44,041 bases of DNA, from contig JBHLPR010000014.1 in assembly GCA_048939245.1 (NCBI GenBank), positions 1-44,041 on the forward strand, in the 5' to 3' direction. Position numbers and translations under genes: made by a program. Source of the DNA: Promethearchaeota archaeon (GTDB lineage Archaea > Asgardarchaeota > Hermodarchaeia > Hermodarchaeales > Hermodarchaeaceae). This document shows positions 20,865-29,784 of this stretch, piece after piece. Under the pieces are notes generated by a model, which did not search any database, was not told the origin of the DNA, and worked only from the letters and a program-made list of their open reading frames with translations. Numbering within the stretch: the stretch's first letter is position 1; the number at the start of each line of letters is the position of its first letter.

Positions 20865-21063
20865 GCATTTGAATTACCGCCTGAAACAAATCCTTTTTGC
20901 TCTTTAACCATTGATATGAGGTTCCTTTGCTCACTTCTAATTCGTTTTCAATATCGGTGATCTTCCCCGTATGATCGCCTTTCTTTACAAAAACTAAAAT
21001 CGCGCCTGCAATGATTTGTTGCTTTGCTCGAATTTTCTAATCTTGGAACACCTGGGTATTCAT
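20854..21063 (-). pseudogene. TetR-family regulator remnant (HTH only, internal TAG)
   Basis: Manual translation MNTQVFQD*KIRAKQQIIAGAILVFVKKGDHTGKITDIENELEVSKGTSYQWLKSKKDLFQAVIQMLLK* fits the TetR HTH pattern. Confidence 0.75.
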
Positions 21064-21110
21064 GTTTACCAATGAATAATAAAACAGGAACTTCGAGTAT
21101 AGAATAAAAA

Positions 21111-21124
21111 TGACCCTCTAGTCA
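21111..21124. promoter_or_regulatory. Putative TetR operator
   Basis: TGAC-CCTCTA-GTCA inverted repeat upstream of the tetR remnant. Confidence 0.35.
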
Positions 21125-21430
21125 GAAAACTGACCGATAAGTATAAAGATAACGGGTTTCCCAATTGATTTCAGAGGCCGATCTGGATGAGTGGCGATTT
21201 CCTATTTCCAACCCCCATTCTAGCCATCTTCTCTATTGGAGTACTCAAATCCTTGAGTGAGATGTGGTAGAGGTGAATCAATCTCATGGTTAGTAAATTG
21301 ACTGCACCATTGGACAAACCCGGCGTCAATTCGATTATACGATATTTTACACTCATCACATTCGTTGCTGCAAAAAAGCATGAATTGGAACAGGCGAAAT
21401 TGAGATGGATTCAGAAGGTGAGTTTTTTCC

Positions 21431-22828
21431 TTGAAGATTCTTCTGACAGTGCCGAATTCAAATTGCGCAATTAGAGATAATCTCGGCGTTCTGAGTGTTC
21501 CCTTGGGACTTGGATACATTGCTAGTTATCTTCGTAACCAAGGTCATGATGTACAGATTCATGATGGACTACTTCTTCGAACGACTGATAGTAAGTTCAT
21601 ACAGCTGTTGGAAGACTTTCAACCGGATATAGTTGGAATTAGCGGTCAAGCTACACCTACTATCCAAGATGTTTATCATAGTGCTAATTTAGTTAAGCAA
21701 TTTGATTCTAAGGTGCTGGTCGTAGTAGGGGGTGCCCACGTAACCTTCCAAGATTTCCAAGTATTGAATGAATGCCCTGAGATTGATGTCGTCGTTCGTG
21801 GTGAAGGCGAAATGACCATGAACAAATTACTTGTCGATTATGCCAGCAAGGGGCACTATCTGAATGTGCGAGGCATCACCTATCGATTTAATTCTTCTAC
21901 GATTCGAAATCCCGATATGCCCTATATTCAAAATCTTGACCTCTTGCCCTTTCCTGCCTATGACCTTCTTAATTTGACAAACTACTATGGCCCTGGTTTA
22001 CCTGTAGCAACAATGATCACTAGTCGGGGGTGTCCTTATGGCTGTATTTTCTGTTCCTCGTCCCGAATAGTAGGTAAGAAGTGGCGAGGACGCTCACCGG
22101 AAAATGTAGTGAAAGAAATCCGGTTTCTTGAACAAGACTTTGGAGTTAGGGAAATCGAGTTTGTAGATGATTTATTTACCTTCAATTACCGTCGAGTAAA
22201 GGCAATCTGTGAGCAAATGCAGTCGGAGGGATGTCAGGTTGGTTGGACCTGTTCAACGCGTGCAGATATCATGGCTCGACATCCTGAAATGGCGACGTGG
22301 CTTAAGGATGCAGGCTGTCACACCGTTTATGTTGGGGCAGAATCAGGAAGTCAACGGGTACTTCATTTTCTGCGTAAAGGAATTAAGGTGGAGCAGGTTG
22401 TCCAGACTGTGAAGACATTGAATAAAGCGGGATTACAATCGATTGTCTCTTTTTTAACAGGAATTCCGGGGGAAACAAAAGAAGAAATGCAAACAACAAT
22501 TGATTTTGCCTGCCAATTAAACCCTGATATCGCCCAATTTACTGTGTGTACACCGTATCCGGGGACACCATTGTATGAGATGGCAAACCAGAATGGTTGG
22601 CTAGCGAAATTAAAATGGCGGGATTTCTCTGTTCTTAAGCCGGTTATGAATCTACCAGGGCTTTCAAAAAAACTCATTAAGAAAGTTCTTTACAAGGCAT
22701 ACTTGAAATTCTACACACGCCCCAAATACTTATGGAAGCAGCTGCGATCAGGTAATTTGCCATTATTCAAGATTATAATGCAAAATATAATACGTTTTGG
22801 AAAAGACTGGAGGGCTGTAATGAGATGA
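21431..22828 (+). CDS. B12-binding radical SAM protein
   Basis: PLGLGYIAS, VVGGAHVT, GEGE, TSRGCPYGCIFC (CxxxCxxC), GAESG, TPYPGT. Confidence 0.93.
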   Translation: MKILLTVPNSNCAIRDNLGVLSVPLGLGYIASYLRNQGHDVQIHDGLLLRTTDSKFIQLLEDFQPDIVGISGQATPTIQDVYHSANLVKQFDSKVLVVVGGAHVTFQDFQVLNECPEIDVVVRGEGEMTMNKLLVDYASKGHYLNVRGITYRFNSSTIRNPDMPYIQNLDLLPFPAYDLLNLTNYYGPGLPVATMITSRGCPYGCIFCSSSRIVGKKWRGRSPENVVKEIRFLEQDFGVREIEFVDDLFTFNYRRVKAICEQMQSEGCQVGWTCSTRADIMARHPEMATWLKDAGCHTVYVGAESGSQRVLHFLRKGIKVEQVVQTVKTLNKAGLQSIVSFLTGIPGETKEEMQTTIDFACQLNPDIAQFTVCTPYPGTPLYEMANQNGWLAKLKWRDFSVLKPVMNLPGLSKKLIKKVLYKAYLKFYTRPKYLWKQLRSGNLPLFKIIMQNIIRFGKDWRAVMR

Positions 22829-22982
22829 ATGAAAGTAGGGTATTAATCTTCGAAGAATGTAGCTTAACGAAGAGGAATATCGTTGGTAAAATGCGTCAAT
22901 TATTTCGGAAATGATTTCACGCCTTTTGACGTTTTCGAGAACAAGTTGACCGTTTAAAATTGAACAGAATCATAATAGCTTA

Positions 22983-23017
22983 GGTATATCATAGTATGAC
23001 AGCTAGTTTCTTAAGGA
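22983..23017 (+). repeat. 35-bp direct repeat, copy 2 (upstream of the hydrogenase gene; possible promoter/operator)
   Basis: GGTATATCATAGTATGACAGCTAGTTTCTTAAGGA with an internal TCATA-G-TATGA palindrome; ~50 bp before ATG 23069. Confidence 0.95.
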
Positions 23018-23068
23018 AGAAAACGGCATGAAGGACTAATCTGAAAGCTTTCAGGTAGTTGACCTACA

Positions 23069-24274
23069 ATGGCCAAAACACCCACAACCATGACCATCCC
23101 CATCGGTCCCCAACACCCCGCACTCAAAGAACCCGAAAACTTCACCCTCACCGTCGACGGAGAAATCGTCGTCGACGTCGCACCCCGAATCGGTTACGTC
23201 CATCGGGGGATCGAAAAAGCGTTTGAAAGTCGAAGTTATAGTCAAAACGTCTATCTCGCGGAACGTATTTGTGGCATCTGCTCGCAATCCCACACCACTT
23301 GTTATGTGCAAGCTGTCGAGGAGATCCTCGATTTAGATGTCCCAAAGCGGGGCCTCTACATTCGCGGCATCATGAATGAATTGAACCGGATTCACAGCCA
23401 CATTCTCTGGCTTGGCGTTGCAGGTCACGAAATCGGATGGGACACCCTCTTCCATTATTCATGGCGTGACCGCGAATACAGCCTCGATATCATCGAAGAA
23501 ATCTGTGGAAACCGCGTCAACTACGCCAACAACATCATCGGCGGCGTCCGCCACGATGTCCAAAAAAGCCAAATCCCAGGCATGGTGGAACGCCTCGAAA
23601 AAATCCGCGACCGCATGCACCACTACCTCGACCTAATCCTGAAAGAACAAACCATCCTAGACCGGGCCCTCGGCGTTGGCATCCTCGACACCGAAACCGG
23701 CAAAGCCCTCTGCGCCACCGGCCCCACCGCCCGCGCCTCCGACATCCACTGGGACGTCCGCAACACCCAACCCCGCACCCCCTACCAAGAAAGCGAAAAC
23801 AAACACTGGGAAACCCGCACCTCCGACCTCTGCGACGTCGCCGGCCGCGTCGTCGTCCGCATCCTCGAAACCGTCGACGCCTGCACCTGCTGCATCCACT
23901 GGCTCCAACACCTCCCCCCCGGCGACATCAGCATCCGCGCCCCCCGCCGCGTCCCCCCCGGCCACGCCCTCAGCACCTTCGAAGCCCCCCGCGGCGAAGT
24001 CCTCCACTACGTCGTCAGCAACGGCACCGACAAACCCGAACGCCACAAAGCCCGCGCCCCCACCCTCGGCAACATCCCCAGCGTCGTCGAAATCCTCAAA
24101 GGCGGCAAAATCGCCGACGTACCCATCGCCCTAGCTAGTATAGATCCCTGCTTTTCATGTACTGATAGGATTATTCTCGCGTATCCCGATGGTTCGAAAG
24201 AGGAGAAGCCGTGGGCGTGGTTCCAAGAAAAGAGCCGCGAAGAGAGAGAAAAAGTGAAAGTTTGGCACCGTTAG
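23069..24274 (+). CDS. Group 4 [NiFe]-hydrogenase large subunit (Mbh/Ech/Hyc-like), solitary
   Basis: GPQHP, GYVHRGIEK, L1 motif ERICGICS, EAPRGE, L2 motif DPCFSCTDR plus a C-terminal extension. Confidence 0.92.
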   Translation: MAKTPTTMTIPIGPQHPALKEPENFTLTVDGEIVVDVAPRIGYVHRGIEKAFESRSYSQNVYLAERICGICSQSHTTCYVQAVEEILDLDVPKRGLYIRGIMNELNRIHSHILWLGVAGHEIGWDTLFHYSWRDREYSLDIIEEICGNRVNYANNIIGGVRHDVQKSQIPGMVERLEKIRDRMHHYLDLILKEQTILDRALGVGILDTETGKALCATGPTARASDIHWDVRNTQPRTPYQESENKHWETRTSDLCDVAGRVVVRILETVDACTCCIHWLQHLPPGDISIRAPRRVPPGHALSTFEAPRGEVLHYVVSNGTDKPERHKARAPTLGNIPSVVEILKGGKIADVPIALASIDPCFSCTDRIILAYPDGSKEEKPWAWFQEKSREEREKVKVWHR

Positions 24275-24291
24275 TGATTCAGCCTCTAATC

Positions 24292-26508
24292 CTAGAGTAC
24301 CCTTTCCATTCCTAGATTTGACTTCCCTTTTCGTTCAATTGACTTGAGGGATTTTTTCTTTTGATATTCTTTAATCCATTCAAGAGCCGCTTTTCTTTTC
24401 TCCCCAGAGCTTGGTGGAGTTATGATTGCCCAGCGATAGGTATCATTTTCGGATTTAGTATAGATTTCCCAGATTGCTGATACACGATTGGTTTCATGGA
24501 GAATGATTTTTTTAAAGATCGATGTCATTTGAATGCCTAGGCTTTTGATTAGGTTTTTTTCATCTTCAAGAAGTTCACAAGGATGGTTTTTGATAATTCG
24601 TCTTAATTCCCTGGCTATTTGTTCATCGTTTTGTGTCTTAGCTTGAGACTTTAGTTTATCTAGCCTCCCCTTCAATATTTCCAATCGTTTTCTGGGTTTA
24701 TCATCTCGTATGACTTCATATCTCTCTATACCATACTTCTGGATGAATTTCTTATGTCTATGTGTGATCTTTGGTTGATATCTATACAGCTTGGTTTTGG
24801 GTCCTGCATCGAGTACATGAGCACGTTTGATTCCGAATTTCATTTGCCCATTTCTTTTAACAAAAAACCCATCTTCGGGGACAACTTCAGCAAGATAAGC
24901 AGATTTCACCTCAGACGTACCTTGTTTAATGGTTTGTGGTAAACGAAAATTGGGGCTGAGTAGTTTGTCACCTTTGGGAACACCCCAGTGTTCGAGTAGC
25001 CGACCGACTACTGCTGTTATTGTGAGACGTTTTCGTTTCCCTGCTAGTTCTTCGGTTTTGTAGTCGGTTTCACCGAGTTTGCGGAAGAGTGTTCGGACGT
25101 ATTCGATTCGATCTTCGTCTTTTTCATGATAGGTGAGAACGTGGGTGTTTTTGTTAATGTGGCAGTCGCTGAGGGCGATGGCGATGAGTCGTGCGCGGAG
25201 TTCGTTGAGCTGGTTACCTTCGGGGAAGTGGGGGTTGTGGATGCCGCCGCTGTGTTTGGTGTTGCTGATGCGGCCGATGTGGGTGATGTGGGGTTTGATG
25301 GTGTCGAATGGTTGGTTGGTGACATTGAGGAGGAGATGGAGAGTGTCCCCGTAAAGGTATTGACTGTATTTGGTGGACCAGAGTTCGTAGGGAATGGCGC
25401 GTGGATTGTAGGCTCGATGGCGTGTATGTTCGGTGAGTTGGTCGAGGAGTTGGCCGAGTTGTTGGGTGTTGACGTTGAGGTGGCGTTGTGCGGTGCTGAT
25501 GAGCCGTTCTTTGGTTTTGGGTGTGAGGTAGAGGAGTTCGTGGTGGTAGGTGTTGAGCCAGTGGTCGGGGTGGGTAGTTTTGCGCCATAGGTAGAGGGTG
25601 TCGTGGTCGATGGCGAGGCGGAGTTCTTCGTGGGTTTGGGTGAGGTTGAGGTGGTGGGTGAGGGTGTGTTCGAGGGCGGTTCGGTGATTACGAATGGATT
25701 GAGCGATGGTGCGGAGGTGTTGGGGGCCTCTTTTGTGGTAGGGTTTGAGTTCAGCGATGATGAGCCCTTGGTCTTTGCAGTGGTGGTAAAGGGTTTCGAT
25801 GCAGGAGGCAAGAGCTTCAGGAGTGGGTGTTTTGGGGTGGTCGAGAAGGAATTTGCAGGTGGTGTAGACAAGGGAAGGGTCAAGGATATGTTCTTTGGCT
25901 TCGGGGGGGAAGTGTTGTTCCCAGTGTTGGCGGGCGTGTTCGTGGATGTGGAGGGTGCGTTCGAGGTGGGGTTCTTTGATGTGTTGGTGCCAGTCGCGGA
26001 GGCGCCCGGTGGGGATGCCGGTGATGGTTGCGAGGGCGGTGTAGGTGGTGTTGGTGAGGCGGCCGTCGTGGCGGGCGGCTTGGAGGGTGCGGTGCCAGAG
26101 AGCATGGGTGTAGGCGTGGGGGAAGGAGGGGCGTGATGCGAGGTAGGGGTGGCGGTGGAGGTCGTGTTCGAGGCTTTGCCAGGCGGTGCGTCCATAGGTG
26201 TCGAGGAGATGTTGGGCTTCGGGGGTGGTAGCAAGGGTGGTGCGGAGGGTGGTCCAGTCGTTTATCGGATGAGTGGGGGGCATGGGTGGTTCAATAGGTG
26301 TCTGTTGAGTGGGGCTTTTATCCTCCTCAATTGGGGCGGGAGTGGTGTTGCCAGTGCTGTATTTGACTGCAGGTAGTTTGGAAATTTTGGCTAGCAGGGA
26401 GGGCACCTCTCGCAGGTGTCGCGAATTTGGGTCCTTTAAATGCGTTTTGGCTCTCTTTAAGGATGAGTGGGTTCTCTCTTGGCTTACCCACTTTTCCTCA
26501 TCTCTCAA
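24292..26508 (-). CDS. Large protein with putative HTH and two degenerate LAGLIDADG-like motifs
   Basis: ARLIAIALSDCHI and AYLAEVVPEDGFF ~100 aa apart with a typical intervening LLEHWGVPKG.K...LP; N-terminal YTALATITGIPTGRLRDW is HTH-like; start codon uncertain. Confidence 0.6.
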   Translation of the reverse strand: MRDEEKWVSQERTHSSLKRAKTHLKDPNSRHLREVPSLLAKISKLPAVKYSTGNTTPAPIEEDKSPTQQTPIEPPMPPTHPINDWTTLRTTLATTPEAQHLLDTYGRTAWQSLEHDLHRHPYLASRPSFPHAYTHALWHRTLQAARHDGRLTNTTYTALATITGIPTGRLRDWHQHIKEPHLERTLHIHEHARQHWEQHFPPEAKEHILDPSLVYTTCKFLLDHPKTPTPEALASCIETLYHHCKDQGLIIAELKPYHKRGPQHLRTIAQSIRNHRTALEHTLTHHLNLTQTHEELRLAIDHDTLYLWRKTTHPDHWLNTYHHELLYLTPKTKERLISTAQRHLNVNTQQLGQLLDQLTEHTRHRAYNPRAIPYELWSTKYSQYLYGDTLHLLLNVTNQPFDTIKPHITHIGRISNTKHSGGIHNPHFPEGNQLNELRARLIAIALSDCHINKNTHVLTYHEKDEDRIEYVRTLFRKLGETDYKTEELAGKRKRLTITAVVGRLLEHWGVPKGDKLLSPNFRLPQTIKQGTSEVKSAYLAEVVPEDGFFVKRNGQMKFGIKRAHVLDAGPKTKLYRYQPKITHRHKKFIQKYGIERYEVIRDDKPRKRLEILKGRLDKLKSQAKTQNDEQIARELRRIIKNHPCELLEDEKNLIKSLGIQMTSIFKKIILHETNRVSAIWEIYTKSENDTYRWAIITPPSSGEKRKAALEWIKEYQKKKSLKSIERKGKSNLGMERVL

Positions 26509-26546
26509 GAGCTACGCTGACACTTGTGGTTGCTGCTGAGAGGAAT

Positions 26547-27263
26547 CTATCCGTATGAAAAGCTCATTGCAGCAACGCGTGTACCAATAAGGTTCATGTA
26601 TCTCATATATTCGCAGGTCCCTTCCACCGACCGCCAATACATCTGTGGCACCTCATAGAGCGTAGCTTGGGGGAAGAAGGCTTGTGTCAATTCCTTCAGT
26701 CGCTGGAGGTCAGCGGAATCGAATCCCCACATGAGAATGGGCGTGTTAAAGGACGTTTTAAGATCCTCTACTAGTTTGAATGAAATAGTCTTGAAGGCAG
26801 CCACAACTCGTGGCTTAAAACTAAATTTATGTTGTAAATACAGGAACGTTTCTTCGGTAACCGACGGGGTCTTGCCCGTACCATAGTGCTCACGGTACTC
26901 ATCGAGCACAGTATTATCTACTAAAATTGGCGAATGCAACTTGTATGGAACAATAACATCAATGAGCAGCTTATCTTGGAGAACGCCTCCAACCAGATCA
27001 AGAACTTCTTTGAAGGCATTATAGGGGATGGTAAAAAATACAATATCCGCCTTCCCCGCGGCGCCACCATTGGAAAGCCCTTGAATGGTGAGATTTCCAG
27101 GCTTCGTTTTCAGTTTTGTTTCCAACTGGGAAGCAGTTCTTTTCGCCTTTTGGGCATCCCGTGATCCCACTAACGTGGGGTATCCTGCAAAGATGGACCG
27201 TAGGGCCAGTGCTTGCCCTTCGCGTCCTGTACCACCGATGATTGCTACTGTTGGCTTTTTCAT
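26547..27263 (-). CDS. F420-dependent NADP oxidoreductase (NpdG/FNO-like)
   Basis: VAIIGGTGREGQALA, VGSRDAQKA, ADIVFFTIPY, VVAAFKTIS; ATG at 27263. Confidence 0.8.
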   Translation of the reverse strand: MKKPTVAIIGGTGREGQALALRSIFAGYPTLVGSRDAQKAKRTASQLETKLKTKPGNLTIQGLSNGGAAGKADIVFFTIPYNAFKEVLDLVGGVLQDKLLIDVIVPYKLHSPILVDNTVLDEYREHYGTGKTPSVTEETFLYLQHKFSFKPRVVAAFKTISFKLVEDLKTSFNTPILMWGFDSADLQRLKELTQAFFPQATLYEVPQMYWRSVEGTCEYMRYMNLIGTRVAAMSFSYG

Positions 27264-27424
27264 AGTAAATCCTATCCTATTCGTGTGTTTGTCAGGCTGT
27301 GGTAGACACCATATTTTAAATTTACATTTTATTATTTGTATTAAATTATTTACTTTATAGAAGATATTAGCAAACATCCACGAGCCCCCCCCCAGGTTTT
27401 GCAAGGCGATGTTGTTGGAATGTG

Positions 27425-27960
27425 TTAGGATTGGACAATATCAAGACAGTGTGTGGGTCAGCGATGGACACAAGCATTACAATTGACACAGTGCTGGGGG
27501 CAAATTAGGTCTACTTTGCGTCTTGTAGGATCTAGCTGATAGACATTCATTGGACACACTTGTACACACATGCCACATCCAATGCATTGTGTCACATCTA
27601 GGGTAATTCGTCCATAGGGTTGAAGAGGATATTTGCCGGTGGAGAAGGGCATCTACGAATGCCCTCGCTTGTAGAAAAATTGACCCAAGTCGCTGGGCAA
27701 GATTGGGATCATTCCATTTAAATCCACACCCAAGATAAGCACCACAACAATCGTCATGAAAAGCTCCCATAGTATTCCGAAAAGACTCCCCATCGCATAG
27801 AAGGCGACGAGAGAGATCACAACGATTGACCAAATCCCGTCAACCAATGTTTTTCTGAAGCCAGATCTACTTGGCAGATAGGGGACAAGAAGATAGGAAC
27901 CACAGGTGAGCAACCATATGCAGGCTAAGGTTGTGAGGAGACGGGAAGGCGCGAAGATTG
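27425..27960 (-). pseudogene. Membrane plus 2x[4Fe-4S] ferredoxin gene remnant (resembles the C-terminus of fused HgcAB-like proteins)
   Basis: Single frame: TM segments, VDLNGMIP, in-frame TAG (27653-55), CIGCGMCVQVCP, CVNCNACVHR-TGA-PTHCL; 5' part lost at a poly-G run. Confidence 0.65.
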
Positions 27961-27990
27961 AGGGGGGAGGGGGGGGACCGAAATGTTTTT

Positions 27991-28026
27991 ATGTCAAGTA
28001 GACTTTACGTTAAGTAGACTTGACAT
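27991..28026. promoter_or_regulatory. Tandem palindromic operator upstream of the XRE regulator
   Basis: GTCAAGTAGACTTTAC followed by GTTAAGTAGACTTGAC; the whole element is bounded by ATGTCAAGT...ACTTGACAT. Confidence 0.7.
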
Positions 28027-28046
28027 GACCGTGGGGAAGGTTACCG

Positions 28047-28295
28047 GTGATAACGAATCGCTTACGAGAAGTACGCGAACGCCGACTGCGTGAGGCTTCT
28101 GACCCGTCGGTCTGGACCCAGGAGGGGCTGGCGTTGCGTGTGGGTATCAGCCGACAGACGATCATCGCTATTGAGAAGGGCGTCTACAATCCATCGCTGG
28201 ACCTGGCCTTCAAACTGGCTCGCGCGTTTGATTTGCAGATAGAAGAGATTTTCACATTTGAAAGTGAGGAAGGGAGTGAAGAAGCTGAAGCCTAG
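28047..28295 (+). CDS. XRE/Cro-C1 HTH transcriptional regulator
   Basis: WTQEGLALRVGISRQTIIAIEKGVYNPSLDLAFKLARAF. Confidence 0.92.
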   Translation: MITNRLREVRERRLREASDPSVWTQEGLALRVGISRQTIIAIEKGVYNPSLDLAFKLARAFDLQIEEIFTFESEEGSEEAEA

Positions 28296-28734
28296 TTACC
28301 GGTATGGAATCCTGTTGGTGGCAGGGATTGCGAATGTGGGAGTTGGTATGTATGCGTTTGTAATGTTTGCGCGTCGATTCCTAGTTGGTAAGATTGTGGA
28401 AACTGACGGAGCCTTTGTAGGCCTCGGATGCGTAGCAACGTTGGTGGGCGTATTTCTGGTATATCGCATGTTGCCCGCGTTATTGAGGATTCGGCGCGGT
28501 GAACCAGCAGAAATTTGGGTTGACGAGCGAATGCAACGCATCTTGTATCGGGCGGGGTTTTTCGCCTTTTCTTTCCTACTTGTGGCGCTATTAATGCTCG
28601 TCTCAATGACTCTGGCCCTGTTGGCCTGGGATATCCGATTAACATGGATGCAGTTGGTCCCCTTGATCTTAGGTGTCTGGATTGCGAGTTTGTTTATTTT
28701 TGCAGTGACTATAGTCTATCTCTATACGAAATAG
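28258..28734 (+). CDS. DUF2178-like membrane protein co-transcribed with the XRE regulator
   Basis: Four TM helices; DERMQRILYRAG motif. Confidence 0.65.
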   Translation: MKVRKGVKKLKPSYRYGILLVAGIANVGVGMYAFVMFARRFLVGKIVETDGAFVGLGCVATLVGVFLVYRMLPALLRIRRGEPAEIWVDERMQRILYRAGFFAFSFLLVALLMLVSMTLALLAWDIRLTWMQLVPLILGVWIASLFIFAVTIVYLYTK

Positions 28735-28744
28735 AGAACAAGAA

Positions 28745-28842
28745 AACAGGAGCATCTTAATGTACTCCAAGGAAGACTCTGGGCGTTGTTCCAGTAAAAT
28801 AGTGGGGAAGAACTGGAACGCGTCAAGGCGTGGCGGCGTTAG
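28745..28842 (+). repeat. Degenerate copy 1 of the hydrogenase 3' end
   Basis: NRSILMYSKED / WALFQ*NSGEELERVKAWRR* versus DRIILAYPDGSKEEKPWAWFQEKSREEREKVKVWHR*; about 13 nt deleted. Confidence 0.8.
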
Positions 28843-28928
28843 ATAGCGTGATTTGTTTACCTACTTAGGGATCTTACTTCGGTTGTTTTGTGTGAGAGTT
28901 TGAAAGACTGTGGTAAATGCTAGTGTGG

Positions 28929-29702
28929 CTAGTGATCTGTTTCGCGGGTTTTCCATTGTTTTCCTTGGAGAGTAGGTAGACAGCGAAAGGTGGGATAGAG
29001 AAGTATGGCCCACGTGATTGTGATGAATCCAAGAAGCAGTTCGGCTATGTTGAAGGTCAACTCATTCATTACGATGAAGGGAGTAATCAGGTAGTACCAG
29101 GGGATGAAAAAGAAGATTACGGCGAGGATGATTCGGAAGAGTCCGATGAGGATCCATCCCATAAAGAATTCTCTATGAGGTCGCCAGTATGTGATGAGGG
29201 CTAAGATAAGAGCGGGAATTTCGACTAAGAAGACGGCGATGGGGAAGTAGGAGGGGACAAGGTGGGAGTGGCTGCAGCCGTAAGGACCGCCGAACACCGT
29301 TACACGAAAGTACCAGATAAGTGCGTAGGCAATAACGAGGAGAGCTGAAAGGGTTTGGAAGAGTGCCCAGATTTTTAGGCTAAGTGAGCGGTGGATACGG
29401 GACAGGTATGAAGCATCCTTTTGCACTTGTTTGATGAAGTAGAAAAGGAGAGTGCTCCCAGTGGTAATGAGAAAAACGCCAATTCCAAGGGCCCACAGCA
29501 TCACGGAAAGGAAAGTATACTTCTGATGGCAGTCCATGGAGCTCCAGAAACCACCGATATTTTGGGGGATGAACCTGGTGAAAGCAAAAGTACTGCCAAC
29601 TAAGAGGAAAATGCCGAATAATAGCATGCCTAGGATTACCAAGAATTCAAAGGTTCCGACAAGTTGTCGCTGCCTTAGCTTATCAAGTTCTATATTCAGC
29701 AC
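28929..29702 (-). CDS. Hypothetical multi-pass membrane protein
   Basis: 257-aa ORF with about six hydrophobic helices. Confidence 0.65.
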   Translation of the reverse strand: MLNIELDKLRQRQLVGTFEFLVILGMLLFGIFLLVGSTFAFTRFIPQNIGGFWSSMDCHQKYTFLSVMLWALGIGVFLITTGSTLLFYFIKQVQKDASYLSRIHRSLSLKIWALFQTLSALLVIAYALIWYFRVTVFGGPYGCSHSHLVPSYFPIAVFLVEIPALILALITYWRPHREFFMGWILIGLFRIILAVIFFFIPWYYLITPFIVMNELTFNIAELLLGFITITWAILLYPTFRCLPTLQGKQWKTRETDH

Positions 29703-29784
29703 CCATCAATTCTTGATCGATATTATAACGAACGCTTTATATTTAACTCTTTTTACGTTAAAGGCAGTAAATTCAGTTCTAAAA

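Noticed and set aside
21286-21474. 62-aa ORF as a RiPP precursor for the radical SAM enzyme
   Set aside because: No leader/core features, it overlaps the radical SAM start, and there are no peptidase or transporter partners
23657-24134. Overlapping Pro/Ala/Ser/Thr-rich (23676-24134 +) and Gly/Ala/Val/Asp-rich (23657-24046 -) ORFs
   Set aside because: Shadow frames left open because the hydrogenase third positions are saturated with C
25044-26234. 396-aa mucin-like Thr/Pro/Ser ORF and antisense Val/Gly/Glu-rich ORFs
   Set aside because: Alternative-frame artefacts of the C/A-biased 738-aa gene
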